Shown here: positions 11,001 through 19,757 of the stretch, piece by piece
Layout: every line of letters starts with the position of its first letter
Position numbering within the stretch: the first letter of the stretch is position 1
NCBI GenBank assembly: GCA_944322965.1
Contig: CALUQR010000006.1
Span: forward strand, 38,456 to 102,455
Source of the DNA: Vulcanimicrobiota bacterium
Lineage (GTDB): Bacteria; Vulcanimicrobiota; Xenobia; Xenobiales; Xenobiaceae
Direction: 5' to 3'
Length of the DNA: 64,000 bases
Program-made: the position numbers and the translations under genes
The notes under the pieces: model-generated
Databases searched by the model: none
The model's input: the letters and a program-made list of their open reading frames with translations, nothing else
Told to the model about the DNA's origin: nothing

Positions 11001-12436
11001 GCGACGCCCACGAGCGCTTTGGTCCCATCGTAGGCCTCATTCACGGGGCGGGCGTCTTAGCCGACCGCTTAGTTGTAGATAAGACGGACGAACAGTTCGA
11101 CCGCGTCTTCGATACTAAGGTCACCGGCCTCTACAACTTCTACCAGGCCTTACAGGATGAACCCCTGCAGTTCGTCTACTCCTTCTCTTCCGTCTCCGCC
11201 CGCTTCGGTCGTCCGGGCCAGTGCGATTATGCCATGGCCAACGAGGTGATGAATAAGTTTACCTACCTGGCCTCCCACTTCCGCCCCGAGGTGCGCTTTG
11301 GCGCTTTAGGGTGGGGTCCTTGGGACGGCGGGATGGTCGACCGCAACTTGCGCCAGCAGTTCGATAAGTTGGGAATCGAGCTCATCGACTACCGGCGCGG
11401 CGCCCAGAGTTTAGTCGCCGAGATCTTGGCCGGTCCCCAAAATGAGCATGAACTCATCTTTGGCAAAGGCTTTGACGCGCCCCAAGAGAGTTATCCCTCC
11501 CCGGAGGAGACCCCCGGCGCCGAGACCGCTCCCCCAACTAGCGCCCCAACGGAGCCCGAGTTAGACGTCCACACCCCTTACCAGACGCCCCTCACCTTAA
11601 AGGAGTACCCCCTCTTAGAAGATCACGTCTTTAATGGCAACTCCGTAGTGCCCTTGGCCCTTATGGTAGAGATCGTAGCTCAGGCCTGCCAGCGTTACTT
11701 CCCCCACTACCATTTCCGGGGCTGCGACAACTTGCGCATCTTAAAGCCCGTCACCCTCCCCCACGGCGAGACCCCCCAAGAGTTATTGGCCGATAGCTCT
11801 CTGAGCGTCAATATCGTAGACATTAAGGAGCAGTCGGGCCTCTTGCAGGTCAACTTCTACTTAGATCACCACCTGCCCGGCGAGAAGACGGAGCGCTGCG
11901 CCGCGGGTACGGCCCTTTTGAGCGCCGAGGTGCGCCATCAGCCCGCCGACTCTAGCCGCCTGCCCCACATCCAGGAGCGGGATTATCCCCTCTCCACCCA
12001 GGAGGCCTACCAGCGTTACCTCTTCCACGGCCCCAGCTTGCAAGCCATCCGCAAGGTCAAATCTTGCAGCGACCAGGGCTTATTGGCCAAGGTAGCGGCC
12101 CCCAAGGGCGAGCGCGCCCCCTTAGCCTGCGGTAAACAGACGATTACCCATCCCCTCTTCTTAGACGGAGCCTTGCAGAGTGGACTCTTCTGGACTGGCG
12201 CTCAGCGCCACATGTGCTCCCTGCCCATGTTCGGCGGCCGCTACCGCCAGTACGTGCGCGAGTTCCCGGAGGAGGCTAAGATCTTGCTCTATCCCAAGGA
12301 GATCTCCAAAAACCAGATGTGCGGAGACATCTTCTTAGTCGATAAGCGCGGTATCCTGGCCGAGTGGCGCGACGTGCGCTGGATTATGACCCCCGAGTTA
12401 GCTCAGTCCTTCCGCCACAATAAGTTGGGCCAATAG
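5018..12436 (+). CDS. pfaA: PfaA-like multidomain PKS subunit: KS (Cys codon 5654-5656), malonyl-CoA:ACP transacylase (GQGSQ ~6740, GHSYGE 7009-7026), Pro/Ala-rich linker, four tandem ACPs (LGIDSIKRVEIL x4), KR (TGGARGV ~10660), PKS-type DH (HxxxGxxxxP ~11620)
   Basis: Domain motifs read directly from the translation. The architecture matches PfaA/Pfa2 of PUFA synthases. Confidence 0.9.
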   Translation: MSSKSHSPHNTPIAIIGLGCLFPKGGSKQGFWRVLRTGANCIEPVPETHWSVNDLYDGDHASPDRCYAKVGGFLEPYPFDPTEFNIPPNVLEATDTSQLLGLVGAKAALEDAGYGPQGKELPKDRTGVILGVTGALEMVVPLGARLGHPRWRKALAEAGIDRQTCEKIVAQISDSYVSWQENSFPGLLGNVVAGRIANRLDLHGTNCTVDAACASSLAAVHLAINELQAGQADMVLTGGVDTFNDIFMFTCFSKTPALSDSGRIAPFSADADGTLLGEGVGIFVLKRLADAERDQDKIYAVIRGMGSSSDGNSGSIYAPSAPGQAIALRRAYEAAHIDPQTVDMVEAHGTGTKVGDIVEFNSLREVFKERQPSDSCALGTVKSQIGHTKAAAGAASLAKTALALFYKVLPPTLNISAPHPKLNLRETPFYLNIDTRPWLSSQHPRRAGVSSFGFGGSNFHIVLEEYSPKRTQPAWDGSCQIWAFSAPSRPELAAAVRQASQVPPYESAYWAQESRRSFQASAPFRATLVCGPNDSQEKLAELAQALEEESTLPANAFYGEGEIERGQIAFLFPGQGSQYVGMGRDLFSIFPEAFASLEKAHQLLDPSQDPAAFIFPISHFDPQEATSWNQALTATQVAQPSLGTIESSMARVLESFGLKPQALAGHSYGELVALERAGVYSQSELFRLSALRGSLMAAGDGGRGAMSALSAPLAKIEALVAEVGGELVLANRNHPTQGVISGPKEAIDQAEALCKERKITAHRLQVSAAFHSSLMASARQPFGEALAALELKAPQVPVYANISAQPYPQSPEEIANTLGDQLVSSVRFIEIIENMYQAGFRTFIEVGPKTVLTGLVKKILGQRPHYLISTDGRKGGAELQGIALTLAQLSALGAPLKLSAWEAPVSKPRAKRMVIPISGANYRTPNKKAPAPYCDPKEPVEGYQPLHFVSDNPPVLPAPAPQPLEEVTLETAAANEPLPPLPKVAPPAIPVPPAPAPGPQEGPIPERIPAPAAPAAAPKLPAQLQVPAPVSSHAAPIMAQALQTIQQGLAALQALQAQTAAAHLQFLQSQAQIQSSLQAIIAAQQNLAGAQLGQAPLSRPLTVSAPPLAQAAFPSVAPTPWPQAPAFPSPSLPVGAPLPTQAPAPELTSTPLPPEPVAPSAPKAAPTPAPAPQAVPSPAVATGAALSPAEIQQKILATVAQMTGYPLEMLNLDMSLEGDLGIDSIKRVEILSALHKELPQVSEIAPEEIGSLQTLRQVAQRLQSKIGTLSAPAQTAPTAEAPALSAAAPSEAAPVDAAQRLLEVVSQATGYPQETLNLDMDLESDLGIDSIKRVEILAAMQKVFPQAQELAPEELNSLRTLRQIVEKLAPAQKATASAAPAATTAPSETVASAAPPAAHLDPAEAVLEVVAQTTGYPLETLNLDMDLESDLGIDSIKRVEILATLQKLLPGSAAHLDSESLSNLHTLRDIAQALQASAPSAPVAAPAQAASPSDALALVLEVIAQATGYPLETLSPEMDLESDLGIDSIKRVEILATLQKVLPKAGEIAPEELNSLRTIGDIVRALSGEDGPQPPQPGPAPQGPRSDSTSDSDSTSQAAPQAEEAPVPSPAPAENAAPAESAAPAETAAPTDAVAPVAETDALPFEVEELGGAPADRLLRRVLSYELAPNPLRGRQLDKRGLYLLLDDGFIAPALAPVLTRQGLQVELVDLAQASDPQYLAALPAVSALFLTLPSQAPQREEEIFFQRSAAAENLKERFRLARSLAQTWALQRRQPSLIVTITRLDGQFGTSGQPCDPLAAGLHGLTRVLAQEYPHTVCRSFDLHPQLTATEAAGQLVRELQSEGSNEVGLSPQGRRIPVLREEPLDFTNLHLLPPHSTILVTGGARGVTAQCVKLLAKLCRPNFVLVGRSAVPTPESSLTTGATNARDLKSLIFKQAKEGGRSLSPQQLEKECQRILANREITKTIAEVRSYGSRVNYVSMDVRDDELAQMIVRDAHERFGPIVGLIHGAGVLADRLVVDKTDEQFDRVFDTKVTGLYNFYQALQDEPLQFVYSFSSVSARFGRPGQCDYAMANEVMNKFTYLASHFRPEVRFGALGWGPWDGGMVDRNLRQQFDKLGIELIDYRRGAQSLVAEILAGPQNEHELIFGKGFDAPQESYPSPEETPGAETAPPTSAPTEPELDVHTPYQTPLTLKEYPLLEDHVFNGNSVVPLALMVEIVAQACQRYFPHYHFRGCDNLRILKPVTLPHGETPQELLADSSLSVNIVDIKEQSGLLQVNFYLDHHLPGEKTERCAAGTALLSAEVRHQPADSSRLPHIQERDYPLSTQEAYQRYLFHGPSLQAIRKVKSCSDQGLLAKVAAPKGERAPLACGKQTITHPLFLDGALQSGLFWTGAQRHMCSLPMFGGRYRQYVREFPEEAKILLYPKEISKNQMCGDIFLVDKRGILAEWRDVRWIMTPELAQSFRHNKLGQ
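8570..9720 (+). repeat. Four tandem ~300-bp coding repeats (the ACP domains) inside pfaA, with near-identical cores (gacttagggatcgactctattaagagggtggagatc).
   Basis: The repeated GIDSIKRVEIL blocks are visible at the nucleotide level at about 8671, 8990, 9303 and 9581. Confidence 0.85.
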
Positions 12437-12457
12437 TGAGCGCTCTAGTTAGCGCAG

Positions 12458-12508
12458 TGGCTGCCCCTCTAGGAGCTCGCTCCTAGAGGGGCAGCCATAC
12501 CCTTTTTT
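12458..12508 (+). terminator. Strong GC hairpin (tggctgcccctctagga / tcctagaggggcagcca) followed by a T-tract, between pfaA and the next PKS gene. It could be an intrinsic terminator or attenuator.
   Basis: A perfect 17-bp inverted repeat followed by cccttttttaa. Confidence 0.55.
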
Positions 12509-12541
12509 AAGACCCCAGACATTTTTTAGGGTGAAAACGAA

Positions 12542-15500
12542 ATGAGAGAGTATCAAGATAGAGCGGCCATCGCCATCGTAGGTTTAGGTCTCCACTTCCC
12601 CGGAGCCCACAATGTAGAGGAGTACTGGCAGCGCCTGCTGGAAGGGCGCGATCTATCCCAAGACTCTCCGCCCGGCCGCTGGCCCGAGTATATCCACCAG
12701 CGCCTGAGCTCTACCTTCCAGCCCGATACTTTGCGCAATAAGCGGGGCTACTACCTCGATACTATCCCGACTCCGGCCTCCTTGGGCTTGCCTGAGGGGA
12801 TAGACCCTCTCTTCTGCCTGGCCTTAGCTACCGCCCGCCAGACTATTATTTCTCAGACCGCCCTCCCCTTAGAGGAGACGGGGCTCATTATGGCCTCCAT
12901 CGCCCTCCCCACCGACACCACCTCCAACTTAAGTTGGGAAGTCTTAGGGGGCGACTTCTTAAAGAGGCTGCGCACCCTCTGGCCCCAGGATAGGCCCTGC
13001 CCGCTCCCCGCAGCTAATCCCCAACTCCCTCCCGCCGCTCCCTACAACGTGGCGGCCGTAGGTCTCCCCGCCCAGCTGGTAGCCGCTCAACTCCATTTAG
13101 GTCTGGGGGGCTACACCTTAGACGCGGCCTGCGCCTCCTCGCTGGTAGCTATCGAATTGGCCTGTCGAGAGCTCTTAGCCGGTCGGGCCCAAGCTATGTT
13201 GGCGGGCGGACTCTCTCGCCCCGATTCCCTCTACACCCAGATGGGCTTCTCCGCCCTGCGAGCCCTTTCGCCCAGCGGTCTGTGCGCCCCCTTCGATAAG
13301 CGGGCCGACGGTTTGATGGTGGGCGAAGGCTGCGGTTTAGTCTTACTCAAGACCTTAGAGCGCGCCCAAGCCGATGGAGACCATATCTACGCTATTATTC
13401 GCGGGGCGGGGATCTCCAATGACCTCCAGGGCAACTTATTGGCCCCCTCCAGCGAGGGCCAACTGCGCTGCCTGCGCCAAGCCTACCAGAGCTGCCATTT
13501 AGAGCCTTGGCAGGTGGAACTGATCGAGTGTCACGGCACGGGCACTCCAGTAGGCGATAAGGTGGAATTAGAGAGCTTGCGCCAACTGTGGGAGGGGGCT
13601 CCGGCCCAGAAGTTGTGCCAGTTGCGCTCCGTCAAGGCCATGGTAGGCCACCTCTTGACGGCCGCCGGGGCCGCCGGCCTCATTCGCACCGTCCTCAACT
13701 TAGAGAAAGGACAGATTACCCCCCAAGTCAATTTCCAAGAGTCGGCCTGGGATTTAGAGTCTACCCCCTTCCGCATTTCTAGCCAGCTCCAAGAGTGGCC
13801 CCAGGTAGGCCCAGAGCCCCGGCGAGCGGCGGTCAGCGGCTTTGGCTTTGGCGGTATCAACGCCCACCTCATCTTAGAGGAGTACCGCTCCCCCGCCGCA
13901 GAGCTTACCCCCCTCCCGACGATCGCCGCGAACGCCGCCCCCTCCCCCGCCGCAGATGAAGAAGAGCCGGTAGCTATCGTCGGCTTGGCCTGCCATTTAG
14001 GGCCTTTAGAGAATTTAGACTCCTTCCAACGGGCCCTCTTCCAGGGCTTAGAGCTGAGCGAGCCCCTTCCCCCCCAGCGTTGGCAGGGGATAGAGGGTCC
14101 CAGCGCGGGCGGCAATTATATCGACAAATTCTCCTTCCCGTTGGGTCGCTTCCGCATTCCGCCCGCCGACTTAGATTCCATCCTGCCCCAACAGTCGGCC
14201 CTCTTGACCTGCGCCGCCCAGGCCCTCTTAGATGCGGGCGAGCCTCTGCGCCAGGTACGCCAGCGGGCGGGGGCCTTTATCGGTATCGCCCTCGATCCCA
14301 ATACGACCAACTTTAATTTGCGCTGGAACCTGCCCCCCTTAGTAGCCCAGTGGGCTAAGGAGCTGGGTTTAAGCCCCGCCGAAGAGGAAGAGTGGTTAGA
14401 TAAGCTCCAAGAGGATATCTCCGCCCCCTTAGACGCTACTAGGACTTTAGGGGCCTTGGGGAGTATCGCCGCTAGCCGCGTAGCCCGCGAGTTCCAATTT
14501 GGCGGTTCCTCCTTTAGCCTCTCCGCCCAGGAGCTCTCCGGTCTGGAGGCCTTAAAGTTGGGCTTAGACTCCCTGCGCGCCGGCCATTTAGACCTGGTCT
14601 TAGTGGGGGCTATCGACCTCCAGGGCGATATTCGCCAGGCCTTAACCCACCTCAGCCCTCAAGAGCAGGGCTTAGATAGCGAGGAGCCCTTATACTCTGA
14701 GGGGGTCTGCACCTTAGTCTTAAAGCGCCTCAGCGAAGCCCAAGCGGCAGGGGACCGCATCTACGCCGTCTTGCGCGGGGTAGGTCTAAGCCAAGGGGAA
14801 CTCTCCAAAGCCTGCGCCCAGAGTTGGTCTAAGCCCCAGAATTTGAGCTACTTAGAGTTAGCTAACTCCCTGTGGCTGGAAGAGTCCTCCACCTTAGCCC
14901 CCCAGCTTTTGAACTTATTTAAGGAGGGCCAGCGCCCCTTAGCCGTGGGCAGTTTAGAGCGCTTAATCGGGCAGACGGGTTGTGTCAGCGCCTTAGCCTC
15001 CGTCTTAAAGAGCGCCCTCTGCCTCTACCGCCACGCCCTACCCGCTACTCCCAACTTTACCCGCCCGTTGGCCGAGCCCCAATTGTGGCAGGATAGTCGC
15101 CTCTTTGCGCCCCGCCAGAGCGCTTACTGGTACCGCAATAGAGCCCAAGGGAAGCGCCAAGCGGGCGTCTTAGCTAGAGCCTATCCCGACCATTATGGCG
15201 CCGCCCTCTTAGAGGAGGTGGAAGAGTCCCCCGCGGAGGCTAAAGCCCTCTCCTCGCTCCTCCCTCCCAGCGCCTTAGTAGTCGTAGCGGCCGGCCCCGA
15301 GCCCGCAGCCATCACCCAGCGGCTGAGCGCCCTCTTGGCGGAATTAGAGAACCTCCCGGCCTCGGAGCTCACCCCCGCCCAGCAGCGCCAGACTTTGGCG
15401 GCCCTCAGCCTGCAGTGGTATCGAGAGAGCGATCTCCAAGCCCCCTTGGCGGCGGCTATCGTCCTCAATTTAGAAGTCGAGAATCCCCTCCAAGACCTCA

Positions 15501-18500
15501 AGCGCGACTTAGAGTTGGCCTTACAACATGTGAGCGAGCGCCCTCAGGAGAGTTTAGAGCGGGGCAATATCTACTATCACCCCCAGCCTCTGGCCGCCCA
15601 AGGGAAAGTGGCCTTCGTCTATCCCGGCTCCGGAGCTAACTTCTTAGGTTTGGGCAGAGAGTTGGCCCTGCGCTTCCCGGCCCAGATGGAGGCCTTAGAT
15701 AGTCGCCAAAAGTACTTGGCCGACGAGTTTATGGCGCGCTGGAATCAGCCGTACGCCCTAGATTGGAGCGAGGGTTGGCAACATCGCGCTTGGGAGCGTC
15801 TGAGCGCCGATACCCACCAGATGATGTTCTCCCAGGTCAGTTTCGCCATGCTCTCTACGGCCGTCGTACGCCACTTGGGGATCGAGCCCCAAGCGGCCAT
15901 CGGCTACAGCTTAGGGGAGTCGGCGGCCCTCTTCTCTTTAGGCGCCTGGCCCGATCCCGATCTGATGTACGAGCGCATGCAAAGTTCCGAGCTCTTTAGG
16001 AAGGATCTCTCCGGTCCCTGCCGCTCCGCCCGCCAGGCCTGGCAGATCCCAGCTGAGGAGCCCTTCACCTGGGTAGTGGGCCTCTTGCGCCTGCCCGCCC
16101 CCCAAGTTAGCGCCGCTATGGAGGGGATCGAGCGTATCCGCCTCTTAATCGTCAATACCGATACAGAATGCGTAGTGGGCGGCGTCCCCCAGGCCTTAGA
16201 GGAGCTCTGTCGCCGCTTGCATACCCAAGCTATTACCGTGAGCGGAGTCGATACCGTCCATTGCGACTGCTTAGCCCCCGTAGCCCGCCAGTATTGGGAG
16301 ATGCACCATCTGCCTTGTACCCCTCCGCCCGGTATCGATTTCTATAGCGCCTACTTCCAAAAGGCCTACCCCCTCACCTCGGAGGCCATAGCCGACTCTA
16401 TCGCCGGCCACGGCCAGCACGGCTTCAACTATCCCGCCACTATCCGCCAAGCCTGGGCGGACGGGGTGCGCCTCTTCTTAGAGATGGGTCCGGGCGCCTC
16501 TTGTACGCGCATGATCCGCAGTATCTTGAGAGACGAGCCCCACGCGGCCTACAGCTTGAGCGTCCGCAACCAGAATGAGGCCCTCTCCTTGGCCCACTTC
16601 CTGGCCGCCGTCTTGAGTCAGGGCCTGCGCCCCAACTTAGTAGAACTCTGGGGCCAGCTGGAGAGCGCTCCAGCCGCTACCCCCAGTAAGGACCTGCGCT
16701 TAGGGAGAGCCCCTTACGCCCCCGCCTTACCTAAGTTCCCGACGCTAACCCAGAGCGCTCCCGCCCTGTCCGAGGAGCTTACTCCCGCCCCCGAGGCTGC
16801 GCCCCCCGCCGCGCCCAATTTCCCGGCCCAACCTATAGCCCCGGCGCCCGCTCTCTCTACCCCCGCCCCGGCCCCTCAGTCGGCCCCGACGCCCCAATTG
16901 GCCGCAGTTCCCACCTCTACTTTCAACCCCCATCCTTGGGTCCAGCTCTTACAGGAGGGCGGCCAATGGGAGGAGAGTTTGCACCGCCAGTGGTTGGCCT
17001 TTACCCAGCAATCGGCCCAAGGGTGGGCGGAGATCGTCAACCGGCAGAGCCAGTTAGTGGCCGCCCTCCAGGGTCAAGGTTACGCCCTCGCCGCGCCCCT
17101 CCCCTTGGAGTCCCTTCCCTTAGAACCTCAGGCCCAAGTTCAGATCCAACCTCAGCCCCAGGCCCAAGTTCAGGTCCAAGTTCAAAGCCCGACTCAGGGT
17201 CAGGAGTTCCCGCCCTTAGAGTCGCGTTCCGCTTATCTGCCCATGTTGGCCGGGCGCCAGATCCTCCATCCGGGCGCTTACGCCTACGGTCCTAAGCCCA
17301 GTCTGGCTCCGCCCTCCTTGTCCCTCTTCCTCGATCGCGACCAGTGTTTAGAGTTTGCGGTGGGGAAGATCGGTCAGGTCTTAGGGCCTAAATTCGCCCC
17401 CATCGACTCCTACTCTACTCGCGTGCGCCTGCCAGCTGAGCCGCTCATGTTGGTGGATCGCATCTTAGAGGTGGAGGGGGAGCCTCTCTCCTTAGGCTCG
17501 GGCCGGGTGGTCACTGAGCACGACGTCTTAGAGGGGATCTGGTACTTAGACGGGGGCCGGGCTCCGGTCTTTATCTCCGTCGAGGCCGGTCAGGCCGATC
17601 TCTTCCTCTGCAGTTGGTTAGGTATCGACTTTAAGGCTCAGGGGCAGCGCGTCTACCGGCTCTTAGACGCCCAAGTGACCTTCCATCGCGGCTTGCCCCA
17701 GCCCGGGGAGACGATCCGCTACGATATTCGCATCCGCCATTTCCTCAACCAAGGCGCGACTTGGCTCTTCTTCTTTGAGTACGATAGTTATATAGGCGAC
17801 CAGCCCTTCTCTACCATGCGCAATGGCTGCGCCGGGTTCTTTACCTACGCCGAGATCGAGAATAATGGCGGGCTCATCTTGAGCGCCGACCGCGATCGCC
17901 CCGCCCCCGGGAAGTGCGATCCTAACTACCGGCCCTTACTCCCGCTGCAGGCTGAGAGCTATGGAGAAGAGGTAGTAGAGGCCTTGCGCCAGGGCCGCTT
18001 AGAGGCCTTAGGGGCGCCCTTTGCCAATTTGGCCTTAAAGGATCCGGTGCGCTTGCCCGACGGGCTCTTGGCCCTCATCCATCGGATCCCCGAGTGCGAT
18101 CCCCAAGGCGGCCGTTGGGGCTTAGGACGCGTCGTCGGCGAGGCCGACGTCCATCCTCAGGATTGGTACTTAGTCTGCCATTTCTGCGACGATATGGTTA
18201 TGCCCGGGACCTTGATGTACGACTGCTGCTCCCAGGCCCTGCGCTTCCTCTTGACCCGCTTAGGGTGGGTGGGCGAGCGCCAAAAGGTGGCTTACGAGCC
18301 GGTACCCGGTTGTAAGGTGACCCTCAAGTGTCGCGGTCCGGTCTTAGCGACCACTAAGACGGTGCGCTACCAGATCGAGATCAAAGAGCTGGGCTACAAT
18401 CCCACCCCTTACGTCATTGCCGAAGCGGTGATGTACGCCGACGGGAAGCCTATCGTAGGCTTTGAGGATATGTCCCTCCAGCTGAGCGGCTTAGATCGAG

Positions 18501-19690
18501 AGTACTTAGAGGGGCTCTGGCAAGTGGCTGAGCACTCGCTCCACCGGGGCGATCCCCCTAAAAAGGCCGTCTTTACCGAAGAGCAGCTCCTCGAATTGGC
18601 GACGGGGTTACCCTCTAAGGCCTTAGGTCCGGAATTTGCTCCCTTCGATGGGCGCTTCTTAGCGCGCTTACCCGGCCCGCCCTACCAGTTCTTGAGTCGC
18701 ATTACCCAGGTCGACCAGCCCTACTTAGACCCCACGCCCGGAGGCTGGGTAGAGGCTCAATATGATATTCCCCCGCAGGCCTGGTACTTTGCGGCCAATC
18801 GCACTGGGAATATGCCCTACTGCGTCTTAAATGAGATCGCCCTCCAGGCTTGCGGCTGGGTCTCGTCCTACGTAGGCGGCTCGCGCTATACCCAAGAGCC
18901 GCTCTATTATCGCAATCTGGGCGGTCAGGCTACCCTCTATCGGGAGATTACCCCCCAGATGGGTACGCTCACTATCCGGGTTCGACTCACTAAGTCGGCT
19001 CAGGCGGGCGGGCTCATTATCCACGACTTCCAAATGTGGATGGGCCAGCTGGGTGAGACTATCTACGAAGGGACGACCCACTTTGGCTTCTTTACCGCCT
19101 CCGCTCTGGCCAACCAAGTGGGAGTGCGCGGCGGCCGGCAGAAGATCTGGCAGCCCGACCAGCCCCTACCCTTCCGACCCTTAGAGCGCACCGCGCCCTT
19201 AGACCCCGCCGACAGCCACTCCTCACCCCACGCCCCCCTCTCCCTGCCCAGTCGGGCCCTCCTGATGTTAGACGAGTGGGCTTGGTACCCCCAAGGCGGC
19301 TGGAAAGGACTGGGGGCGGTCGTAGCTCGCAAGCAGGTCGATCCTAGCGACTGGTTCTTTAAGGCCCATTTCTATCAAGATCCGGTCATACCCGGCTCTT
19401 TAGGCTTGGAGTCCTGCCTAGAAGCCCTCAAAGCGGCGGCCCTAGAGATCTGGCCCCAGTATCGGGAGAGCCACACCTTCTCGGCTATCCTTCTGGAGAG
19501 ACCGCACCGCTGGCTCTACCGCGGCCAAATTATCCCCCGCAACTGCGAGACGACCGTCCACCTCTCCCTAACCGAACGCGGCTCAGACGAACGCCCCTAC
19601 CTCAAAGGCGACTGCCTCGTCTGCGCCGACGGCACACCCATATACGAACTCCAAGACTTCGGGGTTTCTTTAGATGTCGTACTTACATAA
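12542..19690 (+). CDS. pfaC: PfaC-like subunit with embedded acyltransferase: KS (Cys codon 13130-13132), chain-length-factor KS-like domain (Cys replaced, ~13965-15100), AT (GYSLGES, Ser codon 15908-15910), Gln/Pro-rich linker, and two FabA-like dehydratase/isomerase double-hotdog modules (His codons 18179-18181 and 19367-19369)
   Basis: Motifs DAACASS, then GGSSFSLSAQE (no Cys), GxSxG, then HFCDDMVMPG and HFYQDPVIPG. There is no C-terminal acyltransferase (AGPAT) domain. Confidence 0.88.
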   Translation: MREYQDRAAIAIVGLGLHFPGAHNVEEYWQRLLEGRDLSQDSPPGRWPEYIHQRLSSTFQPDTLRNKRGYYLDTIPTPASLGLPEGIDPLFCLALATARQTIISQTALPLEETGLIMASIALPTDTTSNLSWEVLGGDFLKRLRTLWPQDRPCPLPAANPQLPPAAPYNVAAVGLPAQLVAAQLHLGLGGYTLDAACASSLVAIELACRELLAGRAQAMLAGGLSRPDSLYTQMGFSALRALSPSGLCAPFDKRADGLMVGEGCGLVLLKTLERAQADGDHIYAIIRGAGISNDLQGNLLAPSSEGQLRCLRQAYQSCHLEPWQVELIECHGTGTPVGDKVELESLRQLWEGAPAQKLCQLRSVKAMVGHLLTAAGAAGLIRTVLNLEKGQITPQVNFQESAWDLESTPFRISSQLQEWPQVGPEPRRAAVSGFGFGGINAHLILEEYRSPAAELTPLPTIAANAAPSPAADEEEPVAIVGLACHLGPLENLDSFQRALFQGLELSEPLPPQRWQGIEGPSAGGNYIDKFSFPLGRFRIPPADLDSILPQQSALLTCAAQALLDAGEPLRQVRQRAGAFIGIALDPNTTNFNLRWNLPPLVAQWAKELGLSPAEEEEWLDKLQEDISAPLDATRTLGALGSIAASRVAREFQFGGSSFSLSAQELSGLEALKLGLDSLRAGHLDLVLVGAIDLQGDIRQALTHLSPQEQGLDSEEPLYSEGVCTLVLKRLSEAQAAGDRIYAVLRGVGLSQGELSKACAQSWSKPQNLSYLELANSLWLEESSTLAPQLLNLFKEGQRPLAVGSLERLIGQTGCVSALASVLKSALCLYRHALPATPNFTRPLAEPQLWQDSRLFAPRQSAYWYRNRAQGKRQAGVLARAYPDHYGAALLEEVEESPAEAKALSSLLPPSALVVVAAGPEPAAITQRLSALLAELENLPASELTPAQQRQTLAALSLQWYRESDLQAPLAAAIVLNLEVENPLQDLKRDLELALQHVSERPQESLERGNIYYHPQPLAAQGKVAFVYPGSGANFLGLGRELALRFPAQMEALDSRQKYLADEFMARWNQPYALDWSEGWQHRAWERLSADTHQMMFSQVSFAMLSTAVVRHLGIEPQAAIGYSLGESAALFSLGAWPDPDLMYERMQSSELFRKDLSGPCRSARQAWQIPAEEPFTWVVGLLRLPAPQVSAAMEGIERIRLLIVNTDTECVVGGVPQALEELCRRLHTQAITVSGVDTVHCDCLAPVARQYWEMHHLPCTPPPGIDFYSAYFQKAYPLTSEAIADSIAGHGQHGFNYPATIRQAWADGVRLFLEMGPGASCTRMIRSILRDEPHAAYSLSVRNQNEALSLAHFLAAVLSQGLRPNLVELWGQLESAPAATPSKDLRLGRAPYAPALPKFPTLTQSAPALSEELTPAPEAAPPAAPNFPAQPIAPAPALSTPAPAPQSAPTPQLAAVPTSTFNPHPWVQLLQEGGQWEESLHRQWLAFTQQSAQGWAEIVNRQSQLVAALQGQGYALAAPLPLESLPLEPQAQVQIQPQPQAQVQVQVQSPTQGQEFPPLESRSAYLPMLAGRQILHPGAYAYGPKPSLAPPSLSLFLDRDQCLEFAVGKIGQVLGPKFAPIDSYSTRVRLPAEPLMLVDRILEVEGEPLSLGSGRVVTEHDVLEGIWYLDGGRAPVFISVEAGQADLFLCSWLGIDFKAQGQRVYRLLDAQVTFHRGLPQPGETIRYDIRIRHFLNQGATWLFFFEYDSYIGDQPFSTMRNGCAGFFTYAEIENNGGLILSADRDRPAPGKCDPNYRPLLPLQAESYGEEVVEALRQGRLEALGAPFANLALKDPVRLPDGLLALIHRIPECDPQGGRWGLGRVVGEADVHPQDWYLVCHFCDDMVMPGTLMYDCCSQALRFLLTRLGWVGERQKVAYEPVPGCKVTLKCRGPVLATTKTVRYQIEIKELGYNPTPYVIAEAVMYADGKPIVGFEDMSLQLSGLDREYLEGLWQVAEHSLHRGDPPKKAVFTEEQLLELATGLPSKALGPEFAPFDGRFLARLPGPPYQFLSRITQVDQPYLDPTPGGWVEAQYDIPPQAWYFAANRTGNMPYCVLNEIALQACGWVSSYVGGSRYTQEPLYYRNLGGQATLYREITPQMGTLTIRVRLTKSAQAGGLIIHDFQMWMGQLGETIYEGTTHFGFFTASALANQVGVRGGRQKIWQPDQPLPFRPLERTAPLDPADSHSSPHAPLSLPSRALLMLDEWAWYPQGGWKGLGAVVARKQVDPSDWFFKAHFYQDPVIPGSLGLESCLEALKAAALEIWPQYRESHTFSAILLERPHRWLYRGQIIPRNCETTVHLSLTERGSDERPYLKGDCLVCADGTPIYELQDFGVSLDVVLT

Positions 19691-19735
19691 TGGCTGGGAC
19701 TTAACGCTCGGCCGTAAGTTAAGTTACCGCAGGAT

Positions 19736-19757
19736 TTAAGCTAATTCGGAATTAGGC
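19736..19757. repeat. Solo copy of the TAAGCTAATTCGGAATTAGG motif shared with the terminal repeats of the MITE-like element. It overlaps the stop codon of the cysteine desulfurase gene.
   Basis: taagctaattcggaat is identical at 19736 and 36830. Confidence 0.5.
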
